From contig OZ219815.1 in the NCBI GenBank assembly GCA_964291235.2, forward strand, positions 1,152,001-1,216,000: DNA of 64,000 bases, read 5' to 3'. Below, one piece after another: positions 27,747-38,552 of the stretch; positions within the stretch are counted from its first letter, which is position 1; each line of letters begins with the position of its first letter. Made by a program: the position numbers and the translations under genes. Under the pieces are notes generated by a model, which saw only the letters and a list, made by a program, of their open reading frames with translations, was not told where the DNA came from and did no database searches. Source of the stretch: Vicinamibacteria bacterium. Its GTDB lineage: Bacteria; Acidobacteriota; Vicinamibacteria; Marinacidobacterales; Marinacidobacteraceae.

Positions 27747-29135
27747 ATGCGCTTCCTCAACCGCACCGACGAACTCGGCCGCCTTGACGCCGCTCTTCAG
27801 CATCCGGGAAGCCTCACCGCGATCTGGGGACGCCGCCGCGTCGGGAAATCGCGGCTGCTCCTCGAATGGTCGTCGCGCCACGACGGTCTCTACACCGTGG
27901 CCGACCTCTCGGCTGCCCCGATCCAGCGGCGGTATCTGGCCGCCGCCGTGGCGGAGCGCTTCCCCGGCTTTGCGTCCGTGGAGTATCCGGACTGGCGATC
28001 CTTTCTGGAACGGTTGCGGGCCGAAGCGGTGGCGGCGGGATGGCCGGGGCCGTTCATCCTCGACGAACTGCCGTATCTGATCGCGGCGGACCCGACCTTC
28101 GCCAGCGTCCTCCAGAACTGGCTCGACCGCCCCGGGCCGCGTCCGTCGGTCGTGGTCAGCGGCTCCAGTTGGCGGATGATGCACGGGGCGCTGCTGAGCG
28201 CCGCGGCGCCCCTCTACGGTCGCGCGGTGGAGGCGTTCGCGGTGCAGCCCCTCCGCCCGGCGTACCTGAGCGACGCCTTCCCGCGTTCCAGTCCGCGCGA
28301 GCAGGTGGCGCTCTACGCCCTCTGGGGTGGCACGCCGCGGTACTGGGAACTCGCGGAGCGCTTCGGCGCGGACCTTGAGGCCGCCGTGGATTCCCTGGTG
28401 CTCGACCCTGCAGGGCCGCTGCACGACGAGCCGGACCGTCTGCTCCGCGCGGAGACCCCCACGGCTTCGTCCCTGCGGCCGTTACTGGACGTGATCGGCG
28501 CGGGCTCGCACCGGATCACCGAAATCGCCGGGCGCCTGGGGAAACCGGCTTCGAGCCTCTCGGGGCCGCTCGCGACGCTTTGCGAGATGCGGTTGTTGCG
28601 CCGGGAGATTCCGTTCGGAAGCCCGTCCCGCTCGGGAAAACGCAGCCTGTACCGGATTGAGGATCCCTTCCTGCGGCTCTGGTTCGGGGTGGTCGCGCCC
28701 CACCGCGCGGCACTTGCTGCGGCCCCGCGGGAGACCAGGCTCTCGTACTGGGAACGCGCCCGGCCCGGCCTCGAGTCTCAAGCTTGGGAAGAACTCTGCC
28801 GGATGGCGGCCCCGAGCCTGCACCGCACCGATGCGCCGCTCGGCGCGCTCGGTCCCTGGGAGCCCGCGCAGCGCTACTGGCGGCGGAACGAGCCCGAAGT
28901 AGATCTCGTCGCCCGCTCGGTGGACGGCAAGCGGCTGCTCGTGGGAGAGGCGAAGTGGATTGCGGAATCCCGGTCCCGGAGGCCGACGGAGAAGATCGAA
29001 GCCGCCCATGTCCCCGGCGCGCGGGATGCCGAAGTGATCCCTGCCCGCTTCGTCCCGGTTCCCGCGCGTCGTCGCTCGCGAGAGCCGGAGGTGTACGAGG
29101 TCAGCGCCGCAACCGTGCTGGCGGCCCTCCGGTAG
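27747..29135 (+). CDS. AAA+ (archaeal ATPase-type) protein with wHTH and C-terminal PD-(D/E)XK-like/DUF234 region
   Basis: MRFLNRTDEL, GRRRVGKS, ILDELPY, GGTPRY, EVDLV...VGEAKW. Confidence 0.88.
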   Translation: MRFLNRTDELGRLDAALQHPGSLTAIWGRRRVGKSRLLLEWSSRHDGLYTVADLSAAPIQRRYLAAAVAERFPGFASVEYPDWRSFLERLRAEAVAAGWPGPFILDELPYLIAADPTFASVLQNWLDRPGPRPSVVVSGSSWRMMHGALLSAAAPLYGRAVEAFAVQPLRPAYLSDAFPRSSPREQVALYALWGGTPRYWELAERFGADLEAAVDSLVLDPAGPLHDEPDRLLRAETPTASSLRPLLDVIGAGSHRITEIAGRLGKPASSLSGPLATLCEMRLLRREIPFGSPSRSGKRSLYRIEDPFLRLWFGVVAPHRAALAAAPRETRLSYWERARPGLESQAWEELCRMAAPSLHRTDAPLGALGPWEPAQRYWRRNEPEVDLVARSVDGKRLLVGEAKWIAESRSRRPTEKIEAAHVPGARDAEVIPARFVPVPARRRSREPEVYEVSAATVLAALR

Positions 29136-29209
29136 CGCCCGCGGTCGCCGCCGACCGAAGCCAGGGTGATCAGCGCGCTGGCGTAGGCCGGGACGATTTC
29201 TTCATCCAC
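29136..29209 (-). pseudogene. 5' remnant of a DUF3368-like PIN toxin
   Basis: GTG 29209 overlaps the antitoxin end. VDEEIVPAYASALITLASVGG resembles the IVaDaSpLIaLarig start of DUF3368, then runs into the convergent ATPase gene. Confidence 0.5.
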
Positions 29210-29535
29210 TGAGAGATCGCCTCGACATCCTCGCGCAGGCTGGCGGCGTTCCCGTCCACGACTGGAATCCCCAAACGAGAGACGCGCTGCATGAATTGCG
29301 CGATCGGCATCCCCGAGATCTCCGCCGCCCGGCCCAGAGACAGGCTGCGGCTCCGGTAGAGCGCCGTAGCGACCGCTTCCCGGATGCCGGGTTGGGTTGG
29401 CAGCGAGTCATCGCTGAGATGCACGAGCAACGCCTCCGGCTGGTCGCGTTTGAGGATCACCACGGGCTCCGACCGCGCTTGGCGCAGGGCGGCCGATGGG
29501 TTGTTCTTGAGCGCTCGGACACTGATTGCTCTCAT
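29170..29535 (-). CDS. Phd-like/UPF0175 antitoxin
   Basis: MRAISVRALKNNPSAALRQARSEPVVILKRDQPEALLV (Phd-like) fused to ATALYRSRSLSLGRAAEISGM..F..RLGIP (UPF0175). Confidence 0.82.
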   Translation of the reverse strand: MRAISVRALKNNPSAALRQARSEPVVILKRDQPEALLVHLSDDSLPTQPGIREAVATALYRSRSLSLGRAAEISGMPIAQFMQRVSRLGIPVVDGNAASLREDVEAISQWMKKSSRPTPAR

Positions 29536-29620
29536 CGTGGGTGATCCCCGCAAGTAGGAACGTAACGCAGGACCACTGCCGAACGTCATCCTCCCGACTC
29601 TTCGGTCTCTCTGGAGTTTG

Positions 29621-29659
29621 TCCTTGTATATTTGTAATCTAACGTAAAAAATACAAGGA
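29621..29659. promoter_or_regulatory. 39-bp palindromic operator/promoter abutting the ATPase start codon
   Basis: TCCTTGTAT(29621-29)...ATACAAGGA(29651-59) is a perfect 9-bp inverted repeat in an AT-rich patch. Confidence 0.6.
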
Positions 29660-30879
29660 TGATTCAGCGTCGAATCGAGACCGAAGTAAGCGAGGCGCTT
29701 CGCTGGCAGCCAGCGGTCGCCCTGCTCGGCCCGCGTCAGGTCGGAAAGACCACCCTCGCGCAGCAGATCGGAAGCAAAGCCGACGCGGTGTACTTCGACC
29801 TTGAGGATCCGGACGACCGCGACAAGCTGCGGCAGGCCCGAGCTCTCTTCGATCGCTACGAAGACCGCCTCGTGATTCTGGATGAGATCCACCGGCTTCC
29901 GGATCTGTTGCTCTCGCTGCGCGGGGCGATCGACCGGGGAAGAAGCCGAGGACGGCGCTCCGGGCGCTTCCTGATCCTCGGCTCGGCGTCCCTCGACGTG
30001 TTGCGGGAGACCGGTGAGACGCTGGCGGGCCGTATCGCGTATCGCGAGCTGCTCCCGTTGGACATCCTGGAGATTCCGGAGGACTCCGGGTCGCAGGAGG
30101 CGCTCTTCGTTCGCGGCGGCTATCCGGAAGCCTTTCTGGCGCCGTCCGACGCGGTGAGCTTTGGTGGGCGCCGCGACTTCATCCGCACCTATCTGGAACG
30201 CGAATTGGCGTGGATGAACCCGCGGCTGCCCGCGGAAACGCTCAGTCGGCTCTGGACCATGCTGGCCCACGCGCAGGGTGCGCTCCTGAATGCCTCCCGG
30301 CTCGCCGGCTCGCTCGGCCTCGCCGTCCAGACTGTCAACCGTTATCTGTCGGTGCTCAGCGATCTCCTGCTGGTTCGGAAACTGACGCCGGTGCGCGCCA
30401 ACATCGGGAAGCGTCTGGTCAAGTCGCCGAAGGTCTATCTGCGGGACAGCGGATTCGTTCACGCCCTGCTGGAACTGCCGTCCTTCGACGCGCTGGCCGG
30501 CCATCCGGTCGTGGGGCCGTCCTGGGAGGGCTTCGTGATCGAGAACCTGCTCGCGGTGGCGCCCGAACGCACCCGGGCGGGCTTTTTCCGCACCGCCGCC
30601 GGCGCGGAGATGGATCTCGTGCTGGACTTTCCGAGCGGCGAGCGCTGGGCCGTTGAGATCAAGTGGAGCCGCGTTCCCCGGACGACCAAGGGCTTCCACC
30701 TGGCCCGGGAAGCCCTGAGGCCGGACCGTTGTTTCCTGGTGGGTACCGGTCCAGACCGCTATCCCGTGACGGACGACGTAGAGGCCATCGGCCTCCGCGA
30801 ACTGGCGGCGGAATTGCTCGCCCGTCGGTCTCCGGTCTCCGCCTCGCGACGCCGGGCCGGCGAGAATGCGCCGCCCTAG
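29659..30879 (+). CDS. AAA_14 ATPase with DUF4143 domain
   Basis: GPRQVGKT, ILDEIH, FLILGSAS, RGGYP, KSPKVYLRDSG, EMDLV..AVEIK. Confidence 0.92.
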   Translation: MIQRRIETEVSEALRWQPAVALLGPRQVGKTTLAQQIGSKADAVYFDLEDPDDRDKLRQARALFDRYEDRLVILDEIHRLPDLLLSLRGAIDRGRSRGRRSGRFLILGSASLDVLRETGETLAGRIAYRELLPLDILEIPEDSGSQEALFVRGGYPEAFLAPSDAVSFGGRRDFIRTYLERELAWMNPRLPAETLSRLWTMLAHAQGALLNASRLAGSLGLAVQTVNRYLSVLSDLLLVRKLTPVRANIGKRLVKSPKVYLRDSGFVHALLELPSFDALAGHPVVGPSWEGFVIENLLAVAPERTRAGFFRTAAGAEMDLVLDFPSGERWAVEIKWSRVPRTTKGFHLAREALRPDRCFLVGTGPDRYPVTDDVEAIGLRELAAELLARRSPVSASRRRAGENAPP

Positions 30880-30934
30880 CACTTCATCAGGCGGGTCAGC
30901 CCGGATTCCTCATACTTCCGCCGCAGAGATCGAT

Positions 30935-31163
30935 GCGGGATGGTTCTCCTTTCGGCGGGAACTCGACCAGCCTTGATGTTGGACAGGCACGGGAACGCCG
31001 GCCTCCAGGCCGGCACAGCCCGCCGTAGGCGGGCGGCGGGACGGACCTGGTTGGCCGGGATGGCTCCCTTTCTCGGAGGGCACCCCGTGAGCGCGAGCGG
31101 CGAGGAACCGCCCGCGGCGCTACGCGCCGCTGTGCCGACCTGGAGGTCGGCGTTCCCGTGCCT
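30935..31163. repeat. REP/REPIN-like element, family B
   Basis: Inverted arms AGGCACGGGAACGCCGGCCTCCAGGCCGGCAC...GTGCCGACCTGGAGGTCGGCGTTCCCGTGCCT. A homologous segment lies at about 53295-53445. Confidence 0.72.
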
Positions 31164-31253
31164 ACACGCTATCCGTCCGGTCGGGGTCCGCGCCTGACGC
31201 GTTTCTCCGGACATCATCAACAGGTTGACGTGATCCGCGCGGCACCTTGGGCC

Positions 31254-31770
31254 ATGAGGTATGAGAAATCCCGGTTCGGCTTCGGGACCCGAGAACGCGA
31301 TGGGGACTCATCCGACGCTCCACAGTGGGAGCCGAATAGGGCACGGCGGACGTTCCGTCCTCGTCCCGCGGCTGGCAGCCCCGCCGTGGTGTCCCGTGTC
31401 TCCGACAGGTCCGAGCCTTGTCCGCGCCGAGATCCGTGGTCGTACCGGCTATCCGGTCTGGCAACGAAAGCCTGGCTTGATGAAGCGCTGCGGGAACTGG
31501 GCGAGGTCGCTGACGGGTTCGACGTTGATGGACAACGGCCCTCCCGCGCGGTGGTCGCCGAGGCTCGCTCCCTGCTCCGGCATCTGGCCGGATGGCGCGC
31601 CCGCCGTGGGCATTGAGTTCCATGGTCCGGAAGGGTGCCGACTGCTGATCGTGGAGTCGGACGGTTCCGCGATCTACCAGGAACTGATCGCAGGCGATGT
31701 CTTGACCGAAAGGTTCGAGGACTGGCGCCAACTCTCGGAACTCTCGGTCGTGATGCGTGCCAGTGGGTGA
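31254..31770 (+). pseudogene. Probable frameshifted hypothetical gene
   Basis: Protein-like text WLDEALRELGEVADGF..VVAEARSLLRHL in one frame continues as WPDGAPAVGIEFHGPEGCRLLIVESDGSA in another, switching near 31585. Confidence 0.4.
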
Positions 31771-32060
31771 GAGTTCCGGTCCATGGTGAAGTCGAAGCCC
31801 CCGCCTGACATTCGCTCCAACGAGCGTCTCGGACGGCGCGTGACCGAGCACCCTCACTGTAGTCGCCCGATCCGGCAGTAGTCCCACCCACGGCCCGGCC
31901 GCCCGCTGTTTCCGTCCGCTCCCGGGGTGCCCGGCACAAGCAGTCCCGCCAGCACCGATCTGGGCCCAGCAACGAGCAACCGCGAACGGTCGTAAGTTGC
32001 TCGACGACGAAGTCGCCGCGGTTGGGCAACGAAGTTGATCGCCTGACGCCGCACGTTTGT

Positions 32061-32690
32061 TCAGTGCTCGACGATCCCCAACAGTGTCCTGGCCCTCAGC
32101 AACAACTCCGATGTATCTGACGTTTTCTCTACGCTCCTGAGCGTCTGCTCCAGTACCTGCGCGTTGACGGATTCGTTGATGCACAGGTGCCAATGGACGT
32201 GACGATAGTCCCGCTTCAATTCCCTGAACAGTGCCTCCAGCTCGACCGCCCGCCCGCCCGCCACTTTCGGCGAAATGAACCAGATGTGCCAGCGCCTCTC
32301 GTCAGAGTACCCAAGGCCCTTCAGCACGAGGTACGTGCGGAGCATCTTCTTCCGAACAGTGGGCACGGTTTCACTTGCCTTTCTTCCGTACGTTAGACCC
32401 TTCTCATGGAACGCCACTTCCAAAGCGTGGACATCTCCGGCACGAGTCACTCCCAATGCGTCGAGCTCAGCCTGCTTGAGGAACTGCTCTACATCACGGA
32501 CCTTCTTGAAGACATCGGGTCCGTAGCGGTGTTTCATCGTCTCAAACGCCTTGTCAAGCCACCTCCTCGTTTCTTCGGTAGCGTTGTTGAAGACGGCGCG
32601 CGGCCATTTCCAGTTCGTTTGTACGACCCAACAACATTGTGCGTGACGCAGGAACGAATAGCCCAGTGATTCCATCATGTCGATTTTCAT
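32061..32690 (-). CDS. Hypothetical protein, restriction-endonuclease-like acidic motif
   Basis: ATG 32690 MKIDMMESLGYSFLRH..VQTNWK; QAELDALG..ALEVAFHE..LTYG; lower GC than the backbone. Confidence 0.7.
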   Translation of the reverse strand: MKIDMMESLGYSFLRHAQCCWVVQTNWKWPRAVFNNATEETRRWLDKAFETMKHRYGPDVFKKVRDVEQFLKQAELDALGVTRAGDVHALEVAFHEKGLTYGRKASETVPTVRKKMLRTYLVLKGLGYSDERRWHIWFISPKVAGGRAVELEALFRELKRDYRHVHWHLCINESVNAQVLEQTLRSVEKTSDTSELLLRARTLLGIVEH

Positions 32691-32842
32691 CGTTGGTGCT
32701 CCCTGCTCTCTCCGTTTCGAAGCGAGCACGATCCTGCTTCGACCCGCCGATATTCCGTCTTCACGAGCGGCCGGTGCACGGTCCAGTTTCGGCTCGCTGC
32801 TAGCACCAGATGTTAGTGGCTGCCGGCTCCGAGGCGCACGGT

Positions 32843-33658
32843 CTAACCGTCAATAAGTGCGTTAGCGTTGATGGAGAATCCCGCCGCTCTCAGTTCCCTA
32901 AGAAGCGAGATCTTCCACCCTCCATCGTGGTCGAGAGAAATGTAGACAACTCCCGAATAGTCTGAGGGTATCTCTATGTCGCCCTTCGTTAGTGCACAGA
33001 CCTTGTCCCTCCCCAGTTTTCCAATGAAGAAACCAAGTTCGAAGATGACATTCTGCCTTGCACGCATACTGACCTTGTCATCTCTAGAACGAAGCGAACC
33101 CGTATCGTCAGGCGTCAGGAGCACGATTGCGAATTTGACGTCGGCGTGATATTCGAATTTCTCGATGATGGTTCTGCCCTCGCTAGCCTTGTCTCCCAAG
33201 ATAATGGGTTCAATGCCCAGTCTTTGCAGCAGGCTGCTTATGGCTTCCTTAGCGCCTTCATCGCGCCCATGGACGACAAACGCCCTTGCGGCATCCGGCG
33301 GTGCGCTTGTCGAAATGTGTTGGGACACCGCAGTCGTGCTCCGATCGTCCTCCCCGTACTCTTCGATTTCCTCAATCATCGATTCGAGCATCGGTTTTGC
33401 AGTGGCTAGGCCACGGAGATATGGCGCTTGCCAATCTGTGCTTGTCCCGCCGATGAAGAACATAGGCTCGTAGTTGATCTTTCTGAATTCCTCCAGGTGC
33501 CGCGACTCTTCGCCAAACGTCCGTCCCACGGCAATTTCCGTGTTTCTGTTCCACTTCTTGAATTCTTCAGAGCCCGCCCGGAGTGTCATGAGCTCTGGCA
33601 TCGCGTCCAGCGCCCTACGAAGACGTTCCAAGGCTTTGGTCTTAGTCGGACGGGTCAT
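32843..33658 (-). CDS. TIR-like nucleotide-binding domain protein (Cap12/Pycsar-type TIR) with helical N-terminus
   Basis: FVVHGRD, GRTIIEKFE, FAIVLLTPDD, RARQNVIFELGFF, PSDYSGVVY; low GC. Confidence 0.9.
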   Translation of the reverse strand: MTRPTKTKALERLRRALDAMPELMTLRAGSEEFKKWNRNTEIAVGRTFGEESRHLEEFRKINYEPMFFIGGTSTDWQAPYLRGLATAKPMLESMIEEIEEYGEDDRSTTAVSQHISTSAPPDAARAFVVHGRDEGAKEAISSLLQRLGIEPIILGDKASEGRTIIEKFEYHADVKFAIVLLTPDDTGSLRSRDDKVSMRARQNVIFELGFFIGKLGRDKVCALTKGDIEIPSDYSGVVYISLDHDGGWKISLLRELRAAGFSINANALIDG

Positions 33659-33792
33659 TCCTTGGTCGTTCCCATCGTTAGAAATCCCTTAGGTGGCTTC
33701 GTTGATTCCCGTTCGCCGGGTGAGAGGTTGAACGGAAACTCCGGACGTAACGGAAACCGGCTTTTTGAGCCACCCCCCTTAGGCCGTTTTGC

Positions 33793-34859
33793 CTACGGGA
33801 CCAGTGCGAGGCCCCAGGGGGACGCGCCGACCGGGATGCGGGTGATGATCTCGAGGGTTGTGGTGTCGAGGACGGTCACGTCGTTCGAGGGCCCGTTCGC
33901 CGTGTAGAGCAGGCTGCCGTCGAACGAAAGCGCGAGTCCCCAGGGACGCTCCCCCACCTCCACGTTGGCGGTGACTTCGCCGGAGGCGAGGTCCACTACG
34001 GACACGGTCTTCGACCGGCCGTTCGCCACGTAGAGCGTGGTGCCGTCCGGCGAAAGCGCGACTCCCATGCTCCGCGAGCCCTCCGGGAGTGCGATCGTCC
34101 GGCTCACTCGGTTCTCGGCGACCACGATCTCGGCGACCGTGCCGGCGATCTCGGCGGACACGTAGGCATGCGTCCCGTCCGGGGTAAAGACGAGATCCCG
34201 CGGCCGGTGCCCGACGGTGATCCGGGTGATCTCGTCGCCCGTCGAAGTGTCCAGCACCGTCACGTCGTGGTCGGTTTCGCCGGTCACGTAGGCGAGCGTC
34301 CCGTCGGGGCTGATCCGCACCCCTTCGGGCTCGGCCCCCACCGGCACGGTCCGGATGATCTCGCCGGACTCGAGGTCCACGAGACTCGCTTCGTCGGTGT
34401 CCTCGTTGGAAACCACGATGCGGGCGCCGTCGGGGGTGATGTCGAAGGTCTCGGGATCGGACCCGCCGGGGAGGATCCGGGTCCGGACCTGCTGGCGGAG
34501 GTCCACCTCGGCGATCCCGTCGAAGCGCTTGTCGGGCTCGGCGCAGCCCTCTTCCTCCATCCAGGGCGGGCACTTGGGCGATCCGGACACCGCCACGTAG
34601 GCCATCCCGCCGTCTGGAGAAGCGCGGACGCCCCGCGGCCGCCGCCCGACCTCGATCTCGGCCAGAACCTCGTGGGTGGTGGTGGCGACGATGCTGAGGG
34701 TGCCGGCGTCCTCGTTCGTGACCAGCAGGAGCGGACCGGCGGCGGGGTCAGGCGCTGCCGGAGCGCCGGAGTCGGCCGCCGGGCCCGGCTCTCCCGAGCC
34801 CCCGCAACCGGCCGCGATCACCCACAGCAGTGCTGCGCAATGGAACGCGGCCCGCCGCA

Positions 34860-34860
<1 letters not shown>
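33793..34860 (-). CDS. YVTN beta-propeller lipoprotein
   Basis: IAAGC lipobox; repeated V/IxVGxxPxGxxxSPDG..YV blades. Confidence 0.9.
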
Positions 34861-36481
<1,621 letters not shown>

Positions 36482-36485
<4 letters not shown>

Positions 36486-37264
36486 TCGGAGCCTCCTTCG
36501 GGGCCGCGCAGAGTCGCGAGGTAGGCGACCAGGTCGTCGAGCTCCTGGTCCGTGAAGTCGGCGTAGCTCATCATCATGCTCTCGTCGGGGAGCAACTGGA
36601 GCTCCCTCAGCTCGCTCTTGCGGAACGAGCGGTGCCGGCCGGCTTCGTCAATCATCTGGATCGTGAAGGTGTCCTCTGCAACCCGGACGCCCATCACGGT
36701 ACGGGAGTCCGCGGTCTCGATGAGCACCGTCCGGTAGCGGTGGTTCACGACCTTCGGCGGATCCATGACGGATTCCCGCAGGTAGGCGCTGCCCCGCAGC
36801 ATGCCGATGTCGGAGAGATCCGGCCCCAGCGCGATGCCTTCGCCGTTCACGATGTGGCAGGTCGAGCAGAGCGTCATTTCGTAGAGCTCCTTGCCCGCCA
36901 CCGGATCGCCCGGCAGATCCTCGCGCGGCGCCACGCCCAGCGAGCGGACATACGCGGCCACATTCCGGATCTCTCTCGTGTTGAGCGATCCGTGGCCCGG
37001 CATGTCGGTGCCGGCGATGCCGTTGTCCACGATCTCGAGCAGCGCGTCGTCCTCGGTAGAACGCCGCAGGTTCTCGCGCATCAGGTTGGGCCCCTCGCCG
37101 CCCACGCCGTCGAGGCCGTGGCAGCGGGAGCAGTGGATGTCGAAGACGCTCTTGCCGTGAGCCACGTCGTCGGCGCCGGCTTCGGCGAGCGGCTGAGCGG
37201 CGACAGGCGCGGCGAGCAGCAGAACTGCCAGTAACGCGAGCCAGCCGGGTCCCATTGTGCGCAT
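36482..37264 (-). CDS. Di-heme c-type cytochrome
   Basis: Two CxxCH motifs (CSRCH, CSTCH), GPDLSDIG, signal peptide; ATGA overlap with the dehydrogenase. Confidence 0.88.
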
Positions 37265-37349
37265 GGATGTCCGTCCTCCGGTGTGGCGCACTGTAACAAG
37301 AGAAACCCGGAATACCATTGGCCGACTCTTTACCCGGTTTTCTTACGGC

Positions 37350-38552
37350 ATGGCCCGCGGCACCCCCTTCCATCCCCGCACCCAGGCGCTTTGTTCCAGC
37401 ATGCGCTGGAAGGAGTGGGCCGGCTACTACGTCGTTGACGCCTTCGACCCGTTCCACGACCCGGAGTACTACGCGGTGCGTGCCGGCGCGGCGCTGATCG
37501 ACGTCTCGCCGCTCTACAAGTACGACTTCCGCGGCCCCGACGCCACCGCGCTCACCGACCGGCTCATCACCCGGAACGTGAAGCGTTCGCGGGTGGGGCA
37601 GGTGCTCTACTCCGGCTGGTGCGACGAGCGCGGCAAGCTCCTGCAGGACGGCTGCTTCCAGCGTTTCGCGAAGGACTTCGTGCGCGCCACCGCGGTGGAC
37701 CCGGCGCTCGTCTGGTTCGAGCGCGCCGCGGCGGGGATGGATGTCCAGATCGAGGAGGTCTCGGAAGAACTCGGAGCGCTGGCGCTCCAGGGACCGGCCT
37801 CCTGCCAGATCCTGAATGCGCTCGCGGATGGGGACCTCTCCGATCTCGGGTTCTTCCGGCTCCGCGAGGTGGAGCTCGGCGGCATCCCGGTGGTCGTGAC
37901 CCGAACGGGATACACGGGTGACCTGGGATTCGAGATCTGGGTGGATCAGGAGGCCGCTTGTGCCCTCTGGGACCTCCTGCTCGAAGCGGGCGATCCCCGC
38001 GGGCTGGTCCCGGCGGGGATGCTGGCTCTCGACCGGGCTCGCGTCGAGGCGGGTTTCCCGCTCATCGACGTGGACTTCTGGAACGCCGATTTCGCGCTCA
38101 CCGAGGCGCAAAAATCCACGCCCTACGAGATGGGACTCGGCTGGGCGGTGAGCGCGAAGAAGGGACCGTTCATCGGGCAGGAGGCGCTGATGGCGGAGCG
38201 CGCCCGCGGGCCGGCGCGGTTCTTCGTGGGAATCGAGACCTCGATCATGGAACTCGAGCGGCTGTTCGCGGTCGATGATCTCGCCCCCGAGGTGTGCGAC
38301 GAAGTAAATCGAGACGGCGTCCCGGTCTATTCCGGAGGCGAGCAGGTCGGCCGGGCGACGAGCGTCGCCTGGTCGCCGCTTCTCAAGCGCCAATTGGCCC
38401 TCGCGACGGTGGATCGGGGCTATGAGGCGCCGGGAACGCCACTGGACATCGAGGTTACCGTCGAATACACGCGGCGGCGGGCGCGGTCCCGGGTGGCGCC
38501 GCTGCCGTTTTACGATCCACCGAGAAAGCGGGCCACCCCAGCGGCGTCATGA
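37350..38552 (+). CDS. Aminomethyltransferase (GcvT-like folate-binding) family protein
   Basis: EYYAVR..AALIDVSPL, LALQGP, TRTGYTGDLGFEIW, ARVEAG, PFYDP. Confidence 0.9.
   Translation: MARGTPFHPRTQALCSSMRWKEWAGYYVVDAFDPFHDPEYYAVRAGAALIDVSPLYKYDFRGPDATALTDRLITRNVKRSRVGQVLYSGWCDERGKLLQDGCFQRFAKDFVRATAVDPALVWFERAAAGMDVQIEEVSEELGALALQGPASCQILNALADGDLSDLGFFRLREVELGGIPVVVTRTGYTGDLGFEIWVDQEAACALWDLLLEAGDPRGLVPAGMLALDRARVEAGFPLIDVDFWNADFALTEAQKSTPYEMGLGWAVSAKKGPFIGQEALMAERARGPARFFVGIETSIMELERLFAVDDLAPEVCDEVNRDGVPVYSGGEQVGRATSVAWSPLLKRQLALATVDRGYEAPGTPLDIEVTVEYTRRRARSRVAPLPFYDPPRKRATPAAS

Noticed and set aside
31783-31881. Short ORF MVKSKPPPDIRSNERLGRRV..., a possible gene remnant
   Set aside because: Only 32 codons, with no family I can assign with confidence.
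31965-32030. attC-like hairpin (GCCCAAC...CGCGGTTG on the minus strand) after the nuclease-like gene, and GTTAG/CTAAC near 32812-32848
   Set aside because: R' box does not fit GTTRRRY, the second pair has the wrong order, and there is no IntI. An integron is not supported.
32843-33658. Complete CBASS, Pycsar or Thoeris system
   Set aside because: No nucleotide cyclase, ThsA or sensor domain is visible in the window.
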